Positions 49,578-63,718 of a DNA stretch of 64,000 nucleotides are shown here, piece by piece. Numbering within the stretch: position 1 is the first letter of the stretch; each line of letters opens with the position of its first letter. This DNA is from Eledone cirrhosa. Taxonomy: Eukaryota. The notes under the pieces are model-generated. The model saw only the letters and a program-made list of their open reading frames with translations. It ran no database searches and had not been told where the DNA came from. The DNA lies in contig OZ024740.1 of assembly GCA_964016885.1 (NCBI GenBank), forward strand, positions 158,224,001-158,288,000, written 5' to 3'. The translations under genes were made by a program, and so were the position numbers.

Positions 49578-52500
49578 ATGACCTCACTCAGAATAGGCAG
49601 CATAAATGCGCGTGGCTTGGGGTCGTCATGGAAGCAGGGTCACCTGCTCAACGACCTCAGGTCACTAAACATAGATGTAGTGGCCATCAGCGAGACCAGA
49701 ATCTCCGAAGCACGGGCCTTCGCACCGATCTTCGGCGGCTACGATGTGTACGCATCTCCCAGCCGTCCTGGATCCGGTGGAGGAGTTGCTGTACTTTTTC
49801 GGAGAGGTTTGGATCTCGCCATACGGGCCATCTTCCTGGACCCAGAGGCTAAGCTGGTGGTGCTGGACGTGACCAGCGGAGACGGGCAAGCTTTCAGGCT
49901 AGTGGCCGTCTATGCCCAAACAGGAGCAGGGCGGCCTGATTTCTTCCGGCATCTGGAGACCTTTCTTGGAACGTCCCGCTCTTTAGTGTTAGTGGGCGAC
50001 TGGAACGGGATCTTAGATGCACGCTGGGACTGTGTGGGATTAGCGGATAGGGGTGGAGGGTGCAAGAGCCTCACCAACCTGCTCAGGCGTTTTGAACTGT
50101 CTGACAGGTACCGATTGGATTTCCCGAATGTGCCAATGTGGACTTGGACAAACCGCATAGGGTCATCCAGATCATATCTAGATAGAGTATTTTGTAGGGA
50201 AATAGATAGGTCTAGCATAGGCTGTCCACAATTCAAGATAGTCAGCTACACGGACCACAAATTCGTGATCAGTGTGCTTGACTTAGATAGGCTTCATAGA
50301 CGAGGACCCGGCTACTGGAAGCTAAACGCGTCCTTACCAGCGCGCAAGGCCTACAGAGACCGGATTAGCGAACTAGTTAAGCGGGCGTTGACGGGGGCCA
50401 TCGTCAACAACAAGTGGTGGTTTGCTCTGAAAAGAGCGATTAGAATAGAATCGATTAGGTTTAGTAAGGCTTTAGCAATAGAGAAAAATAGAGCAGAGGG
50501 AGAACTAGTTAGAAAATTAGACGAGGCGCTTAGCAAAGGCATTGCGACCGACGTGCTTGCGGCGAAATTGGCCCTTGACCAATTCTTCAATGCAAAGCAC
50601 GAAGGCTGCGTTGTCAGAGCAAGGGTGCGTGCTCTCAGACACGAGGGGACGAAAGCCGTTCAATGGGCCCGAGTGGCGGAGGCGCGTCGTGGCAACAAAG
50701 CCACGATCCGGTCTTTGGTGGACCACGACGGGCGCATGCTACTCGATCCCGGGCAAATGTGTGAAGCTTTTCAGCGACACTTCGCTCAGCTGTTCGGGGG
50801 CAGCGGTGGGCCGGGTAGAGGGATGGACTTTAGTGTCTACCTCGACGGACTGCCGCGGCTCTCGGCCACTGAGGCGAAGTGTTGCGAAAAGCCGATAACA
50901 GCCGCTGAAGTAAGGGAGGCAATGACTGGCTGCACAAGGGGTAAATCGCCTGGTTTGGATGGTCTGCCCTATGAACTTTACGTACAGATGCCAGACTTGT
51001 TCGGAGGCCTCTTGGCGGACGTCTACTGCAACTGGCAACAGAACGGGAGAATTCCCAGTTCTGTGAGCCGAGGAGCGGTGGCACTGCTGAGAAAGGATCC
51101 GAACAAGGGGGATAACATAGACAATTTCCGGCCCATAACTCTGCTAAACACAGAGTTTAAGATTTTGGCCAAGGTGCTAGCAAAGAGGTTGGCGCTTGTC
51201 GTTGGTGGTCTGGTGGGAGAGGCGCAGACATGCGCCATTCCCGACAGATCCATCTACGACAACCTCCACCTCATGCGATACATCGTAGAGAGGGTAGCTA
51301 GGGAACCTGGCACGGGTGGGTCCTTGATCAATTTAGATCAGTCGAAAGCTTTCGATAGGGTCGACCATCGTTACCTAGCGGCAGTCCTGAGGGCGGCTGG
51401 CTTTGGGCCCGTCTTCAGAGGCTGGATCGCTGCCATGCACAGCGACATCTGCTCTGTGGTGAGAGTGAACGGTCACCTGTCGGAACCGTTCAACATCATG
51501 CGCTCGGTCCGCCAAGGATGTCCCCTCTCGTCCCTCTTGTACGTATTGACTCTCGAGCCATTACTGCACAAACTGGAGACGTTGAGGGGAGTCCGCGCGA
51601 ACTAGGATGCGGAAGATCCGTGTCAGCATATGCGGACGATGTCACCGTAGTGGTGTCGAACGCCAAACACATCGAGGCGATCGGCACTACACTAAGAGAA
51701 TACGAAGCGGTGACAGGAGCAATGATCAACCAGGAAAAGTCAGTGGGCCTGCAGCTCGGCACCTGGAGAGGCAGGTCCATGCCGTCCAACAGCGTCGTCG
51801 GACGCTGGACGGACGGACCGGTTAAATTGCTAGGGGTCTGGTTCGGTCCGGACCTCCAGACGGACAAAAACTGGGACGAGGTGACGAGCAGGGTGGCTTC
51901 TCTCACCCAGAAATGGGCGGAGAGGAAGCTATCCCTGAAAGGTCGAGCGGAGGTGGCTAACGCGTACATCGCGTCTGTCATCTGCTACCGCCTGACCGTC
52001 GTACCTTGTCCTAAGCCTTGCCAGACTGCGCTGGAGCGTTTGCTCTTTCGCTTTTTGTGGAAGGGACGTGCTCCGATGGTCAGGCGGTCCATCTGTTGTC
52101 AACACCCGCTACGTGGAGGGCTGGGCATGCCGTGGCTGATGATGCGCAGGCACGCGCTCAGGCTACGACATCTCCACCTCTTCCTCGACGGTGATCAGGT
52201 GTGGTCGCCGTTTGCTAGGCGCGTATTTCCGCAGCTCGTTTCCTTGACGGAGCTGCAGTCCTGGGTCAAGCGAAGACCGAGAGGGAGCGCCTGGAGACTG
52301 GAATGTCTTCAGGCGCTCACAGCCCTCGACCAATCGGGCAATGTGATCGGTGGAAACTCCACCTCGGCGTTCTATAGAGGATTAGTGGAGGGTAAGAGCG
52401 ACGACGTACTTGGGGAAACTCTAGGCGTCGACGAAAATCAACTAGCCAATCTCTTCGGAAGAACTTTCGGGCCGGGGCCTATGGACAACTTCCAGAAATC

Positions 52501-52996
52501 TCTGGCCTGGCAGTGCTACCGAGGAGCCTTGCCAGTTCGGGATAAACTCTACAGGCATGGAGGTGCCGTCAGCCGGGCATGTCCGAGATGCGCGCAGGGC
52601 GACGAAACCGTCCTGCACGCACTCGTCCAGTGTCCGAAAATTGCTGACTTGTGGGTTTATGTCGAACACCTGCTGTCGCGTTTAGGACGGATCCAGCTAT
52701 CATCTGAGTCTATCGTGAGGATTGCCCCGCCCTCCTCCTTTAGCCGGGAAGGGCAGGCAGTTTTTATCTGTCTGGTGGCCATGGCGAAAGAGATAGTATG
52801 GTGGACACGTTTGAAAGGGCTGAAGACGAGCACTTACCTCTTCGGTGATGCTCTGATTGACTTTTTCAAATTTCATTTGAAAAGGAAAATCAGAGTAGAG
52901 AAGGAAGTGCTCTCTTCCCAGCATTTTGTTGAAAGATGGGTGAGAGAAGCAAGAATGGCCCGAGTGAATGGGCCGACTCTGAGTATATATCTGTAA
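49578..52996 (+). pseudogene. Tx1-B ORF2 with a 1-bp deletion near 51593
   Basis: GTCCGCGCG here vs GTCCCGCGCG in copy 1; split ORFs 49578-51605 and 51518-52996. Confidence 0.88.
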
Positions 52997-53256
52997 ACTA
53001 AAGGTGGAAAACTGGGAGAGGGCACTTGCCTTGGTGGTCAGGGTCATTGTGGCTTTTCACTGGGCTTTCTCCACAAATGTCCCTCCGAAGTCTCCCCCCT
53101 ATTGGGGAATTTTTCATTGTTATTTTCATTGTTATTTTTGTTACATCCTCTGTTTTTGTTTTTTTACACGCAGAAATGCCCATTTGTACCGTCCTGCATT
53201 GTCCTGCACTGTCCTTAATGTCTACTTTATGTAAACCCTTGTGGTTAATAAAGAAA

Positions 53257-53302
<46 letters not shown>

Positions 53303-53306
53303 CATT

Positions 53307-56300
53307 GTTATTACTCTTTGAGTCTCAGTCATTGATGTTAGTTAACTGGAAAGTTTGTGGAAATGAATATCAAGCCACTACCTGCAGCCTCAGATATTCA
53401 GGACGTATCGGAGGGTTCTTGCTGTTCCCAGCAAGCATGCCTTTTGAAGCGTTCCAAAAAGCGTGAAGGGGCCAATTTTCTTTCACCATCCCTGGAAACT
53501 TTTTGAGATAGTCCCTAGTGCGCCTATGACAATCGGGATCACTTTGACTTCATGGCAGTTCTAAATCCGTTTTACCTCCCACTTTAAGTCCTGGTATCGG
53601 TTAATTTTCTCCCTCTCCTTCTCTTGCACTCTCGTGTCGAATGGGCAGGCCACATCCACAATCAGACACGATCTTTTTTCTTTGTCCAAAACCACCAGGT
53701 CAGGTCTATTGTGTTCCAGTTTCTTGTCCGTCTGTATCCTAAAATCCCACAGCACCTTCACCTGATCGTTTTCTATCACCGCTTCTGGCTTATGCTCATA
53801 CCACTTCTCAGAATGTGGTAAATTGTTTATTTTGCATAGGTGCAAGAGGATCACCCTGCCCATCACATCATGTCTCCAGTCCTTATAGTGAGTCTGGGCT
53901 AGGTGTTTACACTCGGATACAATGTGAGCCACAGTCTCCTCTATCTCTCCACAGATCCTGCACAGTGGGCTAGCCTCCTCCTTGTAAATGTGGTGTTTCT
54001 ACCACTTCGTTTTGAGGGCCTGCTCCTGCGCAGCCATTAACATTCCTTCTGTAGCCTTTTTAAGGTCTCCTCTTTTCAACCAATTCCATGTCTGTGGATC
54101 TCTAAATTCAGTTTTCTCAAAGAAGGTACTATGAAGGGATTTTTCCTGAAGGCTGCTCTTTCTCCTTGATGTTATTTCCTCCTTGGACATCCCCTGGCCT
54201 ATTGTCCCCTCCTTCAGTACATTTCTGAGCATTGGCTCCTTACTATCAGTCACGTATTTGTGTAGGTTGTTTTTCTCCATCTGAACACAGTCCTCTATTC
54301 TGATAAGACCTCTTCCACCCTCAGATCTCCTTAAGTAGAGTCTATCGACATCACTCCTCTTGTGGAACATGTTGTAGATAGTCAATAGCTTCCTAGTCTT
54401 CCTATCCATTTCTTTTTGTTCAGCAACATTCCATCTCAGAATTCCCGCACTGTACCTAATAATAGACACAGCTCGGGAATTTACTGCACTTATGGCATTC
54501 CTACTGTTCAGATGTGACTTTAATACGCTCCTTACTCTCCGAAGGTATTCAGTTCTTATCAATTCCTTCATTTTTTTGTTCTTGATGTCCTCAGCCTTCA
54601 GAACGCCCAAATACTTGTATCCTTCATCAGAGTCAATTTCCTTTATCATCTCACCTGTTGGTATCTGGATTCCGTTACTTCTGCTCAACTTACCCCTCCT
54701 CCTCACAATGACTCCACACTTACTAATACCAAATTGCATACATATATCATTGCTGAAAATACGGACAGTGTCAACAAGCACATCCAACTCCTTCTCACTC
54801 TTCCCGAAGAGCTTAAGATCGTCCATGAAGAGGAGGTGATTGATGGTAAGCCCTCCCTTTCCCAACCTGTATCCTGCTCTCACTTTTCGCAGTACACTGG
54901 TCAGGGGCATCAGGGCAAGGACAAACAACAGAGGAGACAGACTATCTCCCTGGAAGATACCTCTCTTGATCTTCACGCTTCCCAAGGATTCTCCAGTTGA
55001 TGTTAACTCTGTTTCCCAGGACTTCATACTTTTGCCCAACAACTGTCTGATGTTATCTGCCACCTTGAAGATCTCCAGGCTTTTGGTGATCCAAGAATGA
55101 GGCACCATGTCAAATGCCTTTTTGTAGTCTATCCATCCCATGGCAAGACCAGTGTGTCCCCTCTTGCAATTCCTCATTACCATCTTATCAATAAGTAACT
55201 GGTTATTTGTACCACGTCACTTCTTTCGGCATCCTTTCTGTTCGTCCGGTAACAAGTTGTTTGTGTGGAGGTGATGGTAGATTTCCTCTGACATAATGCT
55301 TGTCAACAGTTTCCACATTATGGACAGACATGTGATAGGTCTATAGTTGGTAACATCATTACCCTTGATTCGGTCTTTCATTATCAGAACTGTGGTACCT
55401 TTTGTCAACCACTCTGGTACCTCACCTGACATCAAGCAGTCATTGAACATGGTTGTCAGTTTCGGGTGGAGGGATGTTATGTTTTTAATCCAATACCCCT
55501 GCACACCATCTGGGCCAGGTGATTTCCAGTTGGTTAGTATTTTGGCCTGCCCCTTAAGAGTTTCAACTGTGATACTCAAATCAGTTTGTTGGTGTGCCTG
55601 TTCACTGATCTCCTTCTGTACTGTCTCAATCCACACTGCCTGGTCATTATGTATAACATCCTGCTCTCATATTCCTCTCCAGAATGTTTTAGTTTGTTCC
55701 GCCGCAGGGATCAAGTCGTTGCCTCTTTCTTTCCCCTCAAGCTGTCCAAGCAGCATCTTCTGGTTGTTGTCGAACATGCGGTTCTGTCTATACTGACTGA
55801 CTCTGTTCTCGTATCGCCTGATTTTTGCACTCTTTGCTACAATGCGTTGCTTCAGTTCCTCTATGATAATATTTAGCTTTTTCCTCCTAGTTTTGTACTT
55901 TATTTCCAGTCTATTTTTAGTGGCTATGTTTTTTAGTGTCCCATTCAGTAGGGACTCAAGCTTTCCAATGTCATTTCTCATTTCCCTGATTTGACCACTC
56001 ACTCGTTTCTTCCACCAAGGCTCTGCTCTTTCTTGTCTGTTGTTTCCTCTCGCTTTTATACCAAGTAGTTTTCTCACCGTATTTACTGTTGCTTTGAGGA
56101 TATTGTTGCACTGGTGAAGGCTCCTCGCCTCAAGGTATGGGATGACTTTGTTTACCTTAGCTGTTGTTTCTTTTAACTTTTTCCTGTCTACAAATCTTAG
56201 GTTCATAGGTCTCCCACTATCATTGTTCAATTCATCTACCACTAAGTTTAGGATATCAACCAAATCTTGTCCTAGCCCGTCAGCATTCATCTCCTCAGTG

Positions 56301-57103
56301 GCCGTATCTCTGTTCCAGGTATTATTTATCTCAGCATTCAGATCCTTGTCTGCTTCGGGTGGTTCCTCCGTTCTCTCGACCCCTTCACCTTCATTTCCCA
56401 CTGGTTCGTTTGCCTGGCATACTCCACCATCCATCTCCAAGCTAAACTCTCTGCTCAGTTCCTCCAGTTCCAGCTCGCTTATCCACCCATTAGTTCTTAT
56501 TACTCGAGCCTGACCGGCCAGTTTTTGTTCATCTAATTTAAATGAACCAATCTCGTTTCAGATGTTATGCATCCTTTTCCTATAGCCTTTCTCCTTGGGG
56601 TTACTCTTCAGGTAACATTGCATAACAGTTCTATTCAATTCTTTCGTCCAGTTGGTTCTGGTCCCTTTCCTTCTTCTTCTTCCTCCGACACCAGCAGTAT
56701 TTGGTTGACAGCCAGGTCCCTGCTGCTGAGCCAGGGAGCACCTGTTGGGTGAGAGTCTGTCACATGACATTCTAGTCTCCATTTCACCGTTATTCGAACT
56801 GTTTAGGTTCGACATTTAAACACTCTTATCGAGGATTGGCGAATGTATGGTTACATAACCACCGATGAATTACTTGTCTTCGGTGGTTTCGTCACTCCAC
56901 GTGACTTTTGTGTGGCATTATCACGCTGTAGACGAACCCAAATAAACAAACAAACAAACAGGCAGAAAAAAACCCAAAAATGAATAAGCATAAGTTTCAT
57001 TGTAATGTAGTTTTTGAATGTCTGACTTAGTTTTTCCCTTCCCTTCTCTGTCCGTCCATTTGTTTTTCTCTTCATTTTTATTTCCTTTACGTTTTTCGTT
57101 GTT
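53307..57103 (-). mobile_element. R4/Dong subfamily B, truncated within the 5'UTR, several nonsense codons
   Basis: ORF pieces 53561-56815 are colinear with 4233-7625. It retains the RT segment deleted in the 8767 copy. Confidence 0.9.
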
Positions 57104-57124
57104 ATTATTATTATTATTATTATT

Positions 57125-57358
57125 GTTGTTATTCCTTGAATCTCAGTCATTGATGTTGGTTAACTGGAAAGTCCGTTGGAATGAATATCAAGCCACTACC
57201 TGCAGCCTCAGATATTCAGGACGTATCGGAGGGTTCTTGCTGTTCCAAGCAAGCATGCCTTTTGAAGCGTTCCAAAAAGCGTGAAGGGGCCGATTTTCTT
57301 TAACCATCCCTGGAAAATTTTGGAGATAGTCCCCAGTGCGCCTATGACAATCGTGATC
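57125..57358 (-). mobile_element. R4/Dong subfamily A, short 3' fragment
   Basis: Matches about 4150-4384; (ATT)n on both sides. Confidence 0.88.
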
Positions 57359-57406
57359 TATTATTATTATTATTATTTTCGTTATTATTATTATTATTAT
57401 TATTAC

Positions 57407-57841
57407 TATCACAGTTGCATTTATCTTGCTTCATGTTAATACGAGTTATCACCAAGTCACAACCAGTGACCTCAAGAGACAACAAGGGGTCCGCCACGTT
57501 CAAGAAAGAACATACATACACACACATGCATCTTTAGGTGTTTAGACTTGTGATGTACTTATATTGACACAATCTTCCTTAGTATATGGGCAGTTCCAAT
57601 TAGTACTATCTTTTGTATTTCTCCTATACGCGGGTTTTCTGGGATTTGCGATAAGTATTCATTAGACCCCTTAGGTATCATTCCTAGACCGCCTACAACC
57701 AATGGTATTGTTTTAGTTCTTAATTTCCACATTTTTCCAATTTCTATCTTCAGGTCCTTATACTTGCTCAATTTTTCAAATGTTTTTATAGATACATTCT
57801 TGTCTATTGGAACGGATATATCAATTAGCAGGCATACCCTT
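57407..57841 (-). mobile_element. R4/Dong-like family C, short 3' fragment
   Basis: Near-identical to 57856-58285 (KYKDLKIEIGKMW..IQKIVL.GTAHILRK). Confidence 0.85.
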
Positions 57842-57855
57842 TATTATTATTATTA

Positions 57856-60315
57856 TTACAGTTGCATTTATCTTGCTTTATGTTCATACGAGTTATCACC
57901 AAGTCACAACCAGTGACCTCAAGTGACAACAAGGTCCGCCATGTTCAAGAAAGAACATACATACTCACACATGCATCTTTAGTGTTTAGACTTGTGATGT
58001 ACTTATATTGACAGAATCTTCCTTAGTATATGGGCAGTTCCCATTAGTACTATCTTTTGTATTTCTCCTATACGCGGGTTTCCTGGGATTTGCGATAAGT
58101 AATCATTAGACCCCTTAGGTATCATTCCCAGAGCGCCCACAACCACTGGTATTGTTTTAGTTCTCAATTTCCACATTTTTCCAATTTCTATCTTCAGGTC
58201 CTTATACTTGCTCAATTTTTCAAATGTTTTTATAGATACATTCTTGTCTATTGGAACAGACATATCAATTAGCAGGCATACCCTCTTTTTAAAGTGTTTC
58301 AATATTATATCAGGTCTATTTGCATCTATTTTTCGGTCTGTTTGGATGCTAAAGTTCCACAAGATTGAGATGTGATCTTTTTCAAGTATGGGAGGTTGTT
58401 GATGCTCCCACCAATTCTTTTGATGGGGCAGGTCAAAATGCTTACACATTATCCAATGTATGTATTGTGCAGCTCTGTCGTGCCTGTTTAGGTATTCGGT
58501 TGGAGCTATAGGACTGCACATTGAAATTATATGGTCAATGGTCTCTGGTTGTTTTTTGCATACACGGCATAATGGGCTGCATCCATTTTTTATTATGTTG
58601 GCTTGGTAATTTTTTGTTGGCAGACACTGATCTTGTGCTGATATAATCAGTCCTTCAGTCCTTCAGTCTCCGATTTCAGTCCAGAGGATGCCAACCACTG
58701 ATGGGTTAAAGTTTTGTCAACATCAGGATTGTTAGCTCGCTCTGGGTATTTTCCATACAGAGGCTTTTCTTGCCATTTCTTAGCCAGTTTCTGTAGCAGT
58801 TCTTTCTTTGCAGTTACTTTTACCTGCTTTGCTTTTTCTGTGTTTTCCATTTCAGCAGTAAATGGGACTTCTGAAATTTGTAGTCCATTACTGTATCTTT
58901 GTGCATCTTTTGTAATGGAATATGATCTTTTGATGCTTTCGTGTTTCAAAACGAGTTTGATCATCCAATCATGTGATTCCCTTAGATATGTAGATAATCC
59001 AATTGTTGCAGTATTCAACGCAATGTCTAACTGGATTAACCCACGTCCTCCTTCTTTCCTAGGGAGATATATTCTATCTATATCTGCCTTAGGGTGATGC
59101 ATTCTGTGCATGGTTAAGAATTTTCGAAATTTTGTATCGAGCCTACGGATCTCTGTGCTTGACCAGTTGATGACATTGTAACTGTAGGTTACTACTGGTA
59201 TGGCAAGCGTGTTTATGGCATCGATCCTATTCCTTGCATTCAATTCCGTTCTTAAGATTGCTCTTACTCTGCGGTAACATTCCTTCCTTATCTTTTCCCT
59301 CATTGTCGAGTGCTTGATTCCGTCTCCTTCACAAACACCTAGATATTTGTAAGTTTTTTCTTGATCAAGTTCTCTTATCACGTTCCCCCGATCAAGATTA
59401 ATGTCTGAACTCTTCAGCAGCTTTCCTCTGGTGAACGTTGCTTTGGCGCATTTATCTAGTCCAAACTCCATTTTAGTGTCATCACTGAACTGCTCCACAG
59501 TGGATAATAGCCCTTGCAATTGTTCATCATTTTTTGCAAATAGTTTCAGGTCATCCATGTAGAACAAGTGATTAATGGTTTTGTCATAGACTTTATATCC
59601 ATGTTTTGTTTCATTGAGGATTTTACTTAATGGCATAAGTGCGATGCAGAATAAAAGCGGTGATAAAGAGTCACCCTGAAAAATTCCACAATTAATATTA
59701 ACTTCTCCAGCTTCCAGTGATTTTGTTTCACTATTCAAAAGGAGTGTCGTTTTCCATGTCTTCATACTGAATGACAAAAACCTGACAACGGGGGATATTT
59801 TGAAAATCTCTAAACATTTTTCAATCCAACTGTGTGGCAAACTATCGAATGCTTTTTTATAATCTATCCAAGCAATCGATAGATTTTTGTGTCTATTATG
59901 ACAATCTTCCAGTATCATTTTGTTAACCAGAAGCTGATCCTTACAGCCATATGAGCCTCGTTTACACCCTTTCTGCTCAATGGGAAATAGGTCATTTGTT
60001 ATCAGGTGGTCATATGTGTATTCAGTTAGGACTGATGTTAAAATGTTATACATTGTGGTCAAGCAAGTTATCGGTCTGTAATTTTTGGGATTGTTTGTCT
60101 CATCATTCTTCGGAAGCAGGAATGTAATGCCGTTAACTAGCCATGATGGTATCTTTTCTGGCTTCTTAACTATTTCATTGTAAAGTTGGGCTAACAGCTC
60201 ATGAGACTCTGTGAAGGCATTTATTCAAAAATGTTGTATTTTGTCTTTTCCTGGGGATTTCCATTTGCTGGTTTTTCTTAGAGCCAAGCGCAACTGTTCA
60301 ACTGTTATATTTTCC

Positions 60316-60316
<1 letters not shown>
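57856..60316 (-). mobile_element. R4/Dong-like family C, 5'-truncated
   Basis: RT ([29 protein letters not shown]), RHD and NRPDII..IDMSVP; bounded by (ATT)n. Confidence 0.9.
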
Positions 60317-60364
<48 letters not shown>

Positions 60365-60414
60365 GTGTGTGTGTGTATTTATATATATATGTATACATAC
60401 ATATATATATATTT

Positions 60415-61483
60415 ATGTCGGAATCAAGTCGAGCCCTCTGAGCGCTCACTCAGTGGTAATGCTTTTGCTAAATCTAATTCTAATAGTGTTGTTTCTACTG
60501 ATCCTATTATTAGCCCTAATCCTTTTGATATGTTTCCAGATAGCAGCAGATATACTAATGGTAGAAACAGAAAGAGACTTAATGGAGTTTTGGCTGATTC
60601 TAATAATGCGGTTTTAACTAGTCCTTGTAGTAACCCAAATCTTAATAAGAGGATATTAGATAACGGTAGAGTTGGTAAGGATAAAAATAGAAGGAGACTA
60701 AATACTTATTTTAACCCGCCATATAATCAGGAAGTATTAACTAACATCCTTAGGTCTTTCTTTTCTATCTTAGAGAAACATTTCCCTCCTACTAATAAAT
60801 ACCATAGTATTTTTAATAAAAATGTAATTAAACTTTCATTCTCTACCACCCCTAATATTAGTTCTCATTTAGCTAGCACTAACAATGGGAAAATTAGGGA
60901 TGGATACTCCTCTCTACGTACTACTAGTCCGAATAGATCCATAAATACCTTACCACCTGAGCAGACCTTATCTCATAGTAACCCTACGTGTGATGCATCA
61001 CTACTTCAGCCGATCAATAGCACCCGGAAGTGTAACTGTAGAGTGAGTGCTAACTGCCCTTTAAACGGTAACTGCCTCTCTAAGAACATCGTTTATGCTT
61101 GTGTAGTTAAAACAAATTCTTCTAATAGCACATATATAGGCTCTACATCTAACACTTTTAAGACGAGGTTAAATTCTCATATCTCTAATTTTAAACATGT
61201 TAAGTTTAAGAATTCTACTTCTTTAGCACACCATATCTGGGATCTTAAGGGGGCTAATATACCATATAGCCTTAATTGGCGAATAGTAGCACGCTCTAAT
61301 AACCTTTCAACACATACTAAATTTTGTAATCTCTGTATCCTTGAGATCCACTCTATAATTTTCTCTAGGGAAACCTTACTTAATAGAAAGTCTGAGATAT
61401 TCTCTTCTTGCCCCCACGCCATTTTAAATTCTTACTTTTATTATAAACCTAAAGGTTCTAGTAGTGTAAATTGTATCCATTAG
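60415..61483 (+). pseudogene. Penelope-like element (Naiad-type), 5'-truncated; linker and GIY-YIG endonuclease
   Basis: YFNPPY, KHFP..KYHSIFN..KLSFS, CNCRVSANCPLNGNCL, IVYAC..TYIGST..FKTR, CNLC..E, LNRKSE..SSCPH. The ORF-track start at 60365 lies in a microsatellite. Confidence 0.88.
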
Positions 61484-63202
61484 CTGCTATATTCCCTTAT
61501 CTTTTTAGTTTAGGTTCATTTTGTTTACCACCATCATTATCATTATTATTATTATTGGTTTTTAACAGCTTTTCATTCTAGCTTTCATAGTCATTTGGCT
61601 ACCATACCATATCTATATTATATGTTCACTATTAACACCTTATGAGTTTATATCTGATTATATATTTTATTTTATATTATTTTATTTTATTTTATTTGGA
61701 TTCTTCTTTGGATAATTAACGCCCCCCCCCCCCCCCACTTGTCATTCACCCCTTCAAATATACTATAATTATATTCAATTCCCTTTTATGCTCCTTTCTA
61801 TTGTATAATACATTATATTGATTATGATTTTATGCTCCTTCGTATCCTCTATACATTTCTTTTTTCTGTCCCCATTGGCCTACCATAATTCTACTTAAAG
61901 TCCGTTTATTAGATAACGTTATTCAACTGATAGTAGAATATTTCATTCTTTTCCAGATATTTTTATAGTGATATCTTAAACTTTGGAGATTTTGATTACT
62001 TAAACCATAGCTAATTTTGTATTGACTTATTATGTATTTTAAATACTTTCAATATTAATTAATTTAATAGGGTTTTCTAGTCATTTATCCGGGTTTGTTT
62101 CCTAAATTTTTTACTTAACTGCATGGGACACCTAAGTAAATACTTTTGTTTTTGTTTTTCGATTTCCGGTTGATTTTATTTATATATTTATACTACCGTG
62201 CGTAGTTTTCTGTCTGGTTCTTATTCACTTATTCACAAATGTCTGTCCACCAACCACGTAATTATGTATATTATACTATGTTCAATATTTTATATTGAAA
62301 TTTTTATATCATTCCACTCTTTGTAAACGTACTACTGATCTTTATTATTTACCGATTATTAAATGTACCATTATGTTATGTTAAATTTTGTAAATTCTGT
62401 AATATGTTTATATTTTTATAATTTTTATAATGTTTGGATAATATTTATTTACACCAATTGTAAAGAAATGTGACCTCCATCTGTTTTCTTGCAATGGTTT
62501 TGATATTTTTCCAACATAATTTTTCCAACATAATTTAGTTCTGTACAATATTTTTTCTCACCCGGTCTGTAACTCTATATGATTTGTTAAGTTATATGCC
62601 ATTATATTATAATATTGTTATTATAGTGTTATTGTAACATTTATATTGTTTGTGCAAATTAACCGGAGATTATCTATTATATAATTATATAGTTTATTAT
62701 ATATTATATGTTTACTTTTAATCATTTCTTCTTCATTTTATACTGTAAATACTATATGTATTATATTTTTATTTTTATTTTTATTTTTATTCTTATTATT
62801 CTTATTTATATTTAAACTCTTAATAAGGGTTAGTTTGTGCTTGTATTGATGGAAATGTGTATTGATATATATGTATATATGTGTACATATGTATATATAT
62901 GTATATTGGGCCTTTTAATATTATTATTATTATTATCATTATCAATTATATTATATTATATTATATTATATTATATTATATATAGTACAATAATTCCCGC
63001 TCTATATCACCACCTTTGTTTAGCTTTAGTTTTTGCATTGGACTATATTTGTAATATGGTTCAAAATGTTATTCACTTCCTTAGCAATTTTTACTTGATA
63101 ATTTTTACCCGATAATTTTCCTATGCTTTAATGTATGTACACTCCATATTCTTCTGAGTTTTTGGCTTGTATTGGCCGATAGTGCTTCTTATAGCTTTAA
63201 TT

Positions 63203-63240
63203 GCCCTGATGAGTCCTTAATAGGACGAAACATTGTTGGC
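63203..63240 (+). ncRNA. Minimal type I hammerhead, probably in the Penelope pseudo-LTR
   Basis: GCC CTGATGA GTCCT TAAT AGGAC GAAA CATTG TT GGC; same strand as the upstream GIY-YIG ORF. Confidence 0.85.
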
Positions 63241-63390
63241 TAATAAAGACTTTTGATGTATTGAAGGCTTCTTTGGTTTATTTTCATAATTCTTCGGCTC
63301 TGTTTAATTACATTGAGCTATACCTTTACTGTCATTTCTATAATACGAAGAGGGTGTTTAACTCCAACACACTCAAGTATTTTAATTCGT

Positions 63391-63527
<137 letters not shown>

Positions 63528-63718
63528 TGAGAGAAAAAGGAGTAAGATTCTATACAAAACAGGGATTGTAGAGAAAAAGTGGAATTGGAAATAACATGAT
63601 TCTTCAAAGTGACATTATTGGACATAACTTTGTGACATAACTTTGATTTTTCAAAGTGACATTATTGGAAACATGAGAGGAACAATCTTTTTTAAAAAAA
63701 GGAGTTTTATAATATATA

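Larger units (their letters stand above)
47232..53258 (+). mobile_element. Tx1 family B, second full-length copy
   Basis: Same 5' start and 3' end as 13843-19866 and nearly identical throughout. Confidence 0.95.
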
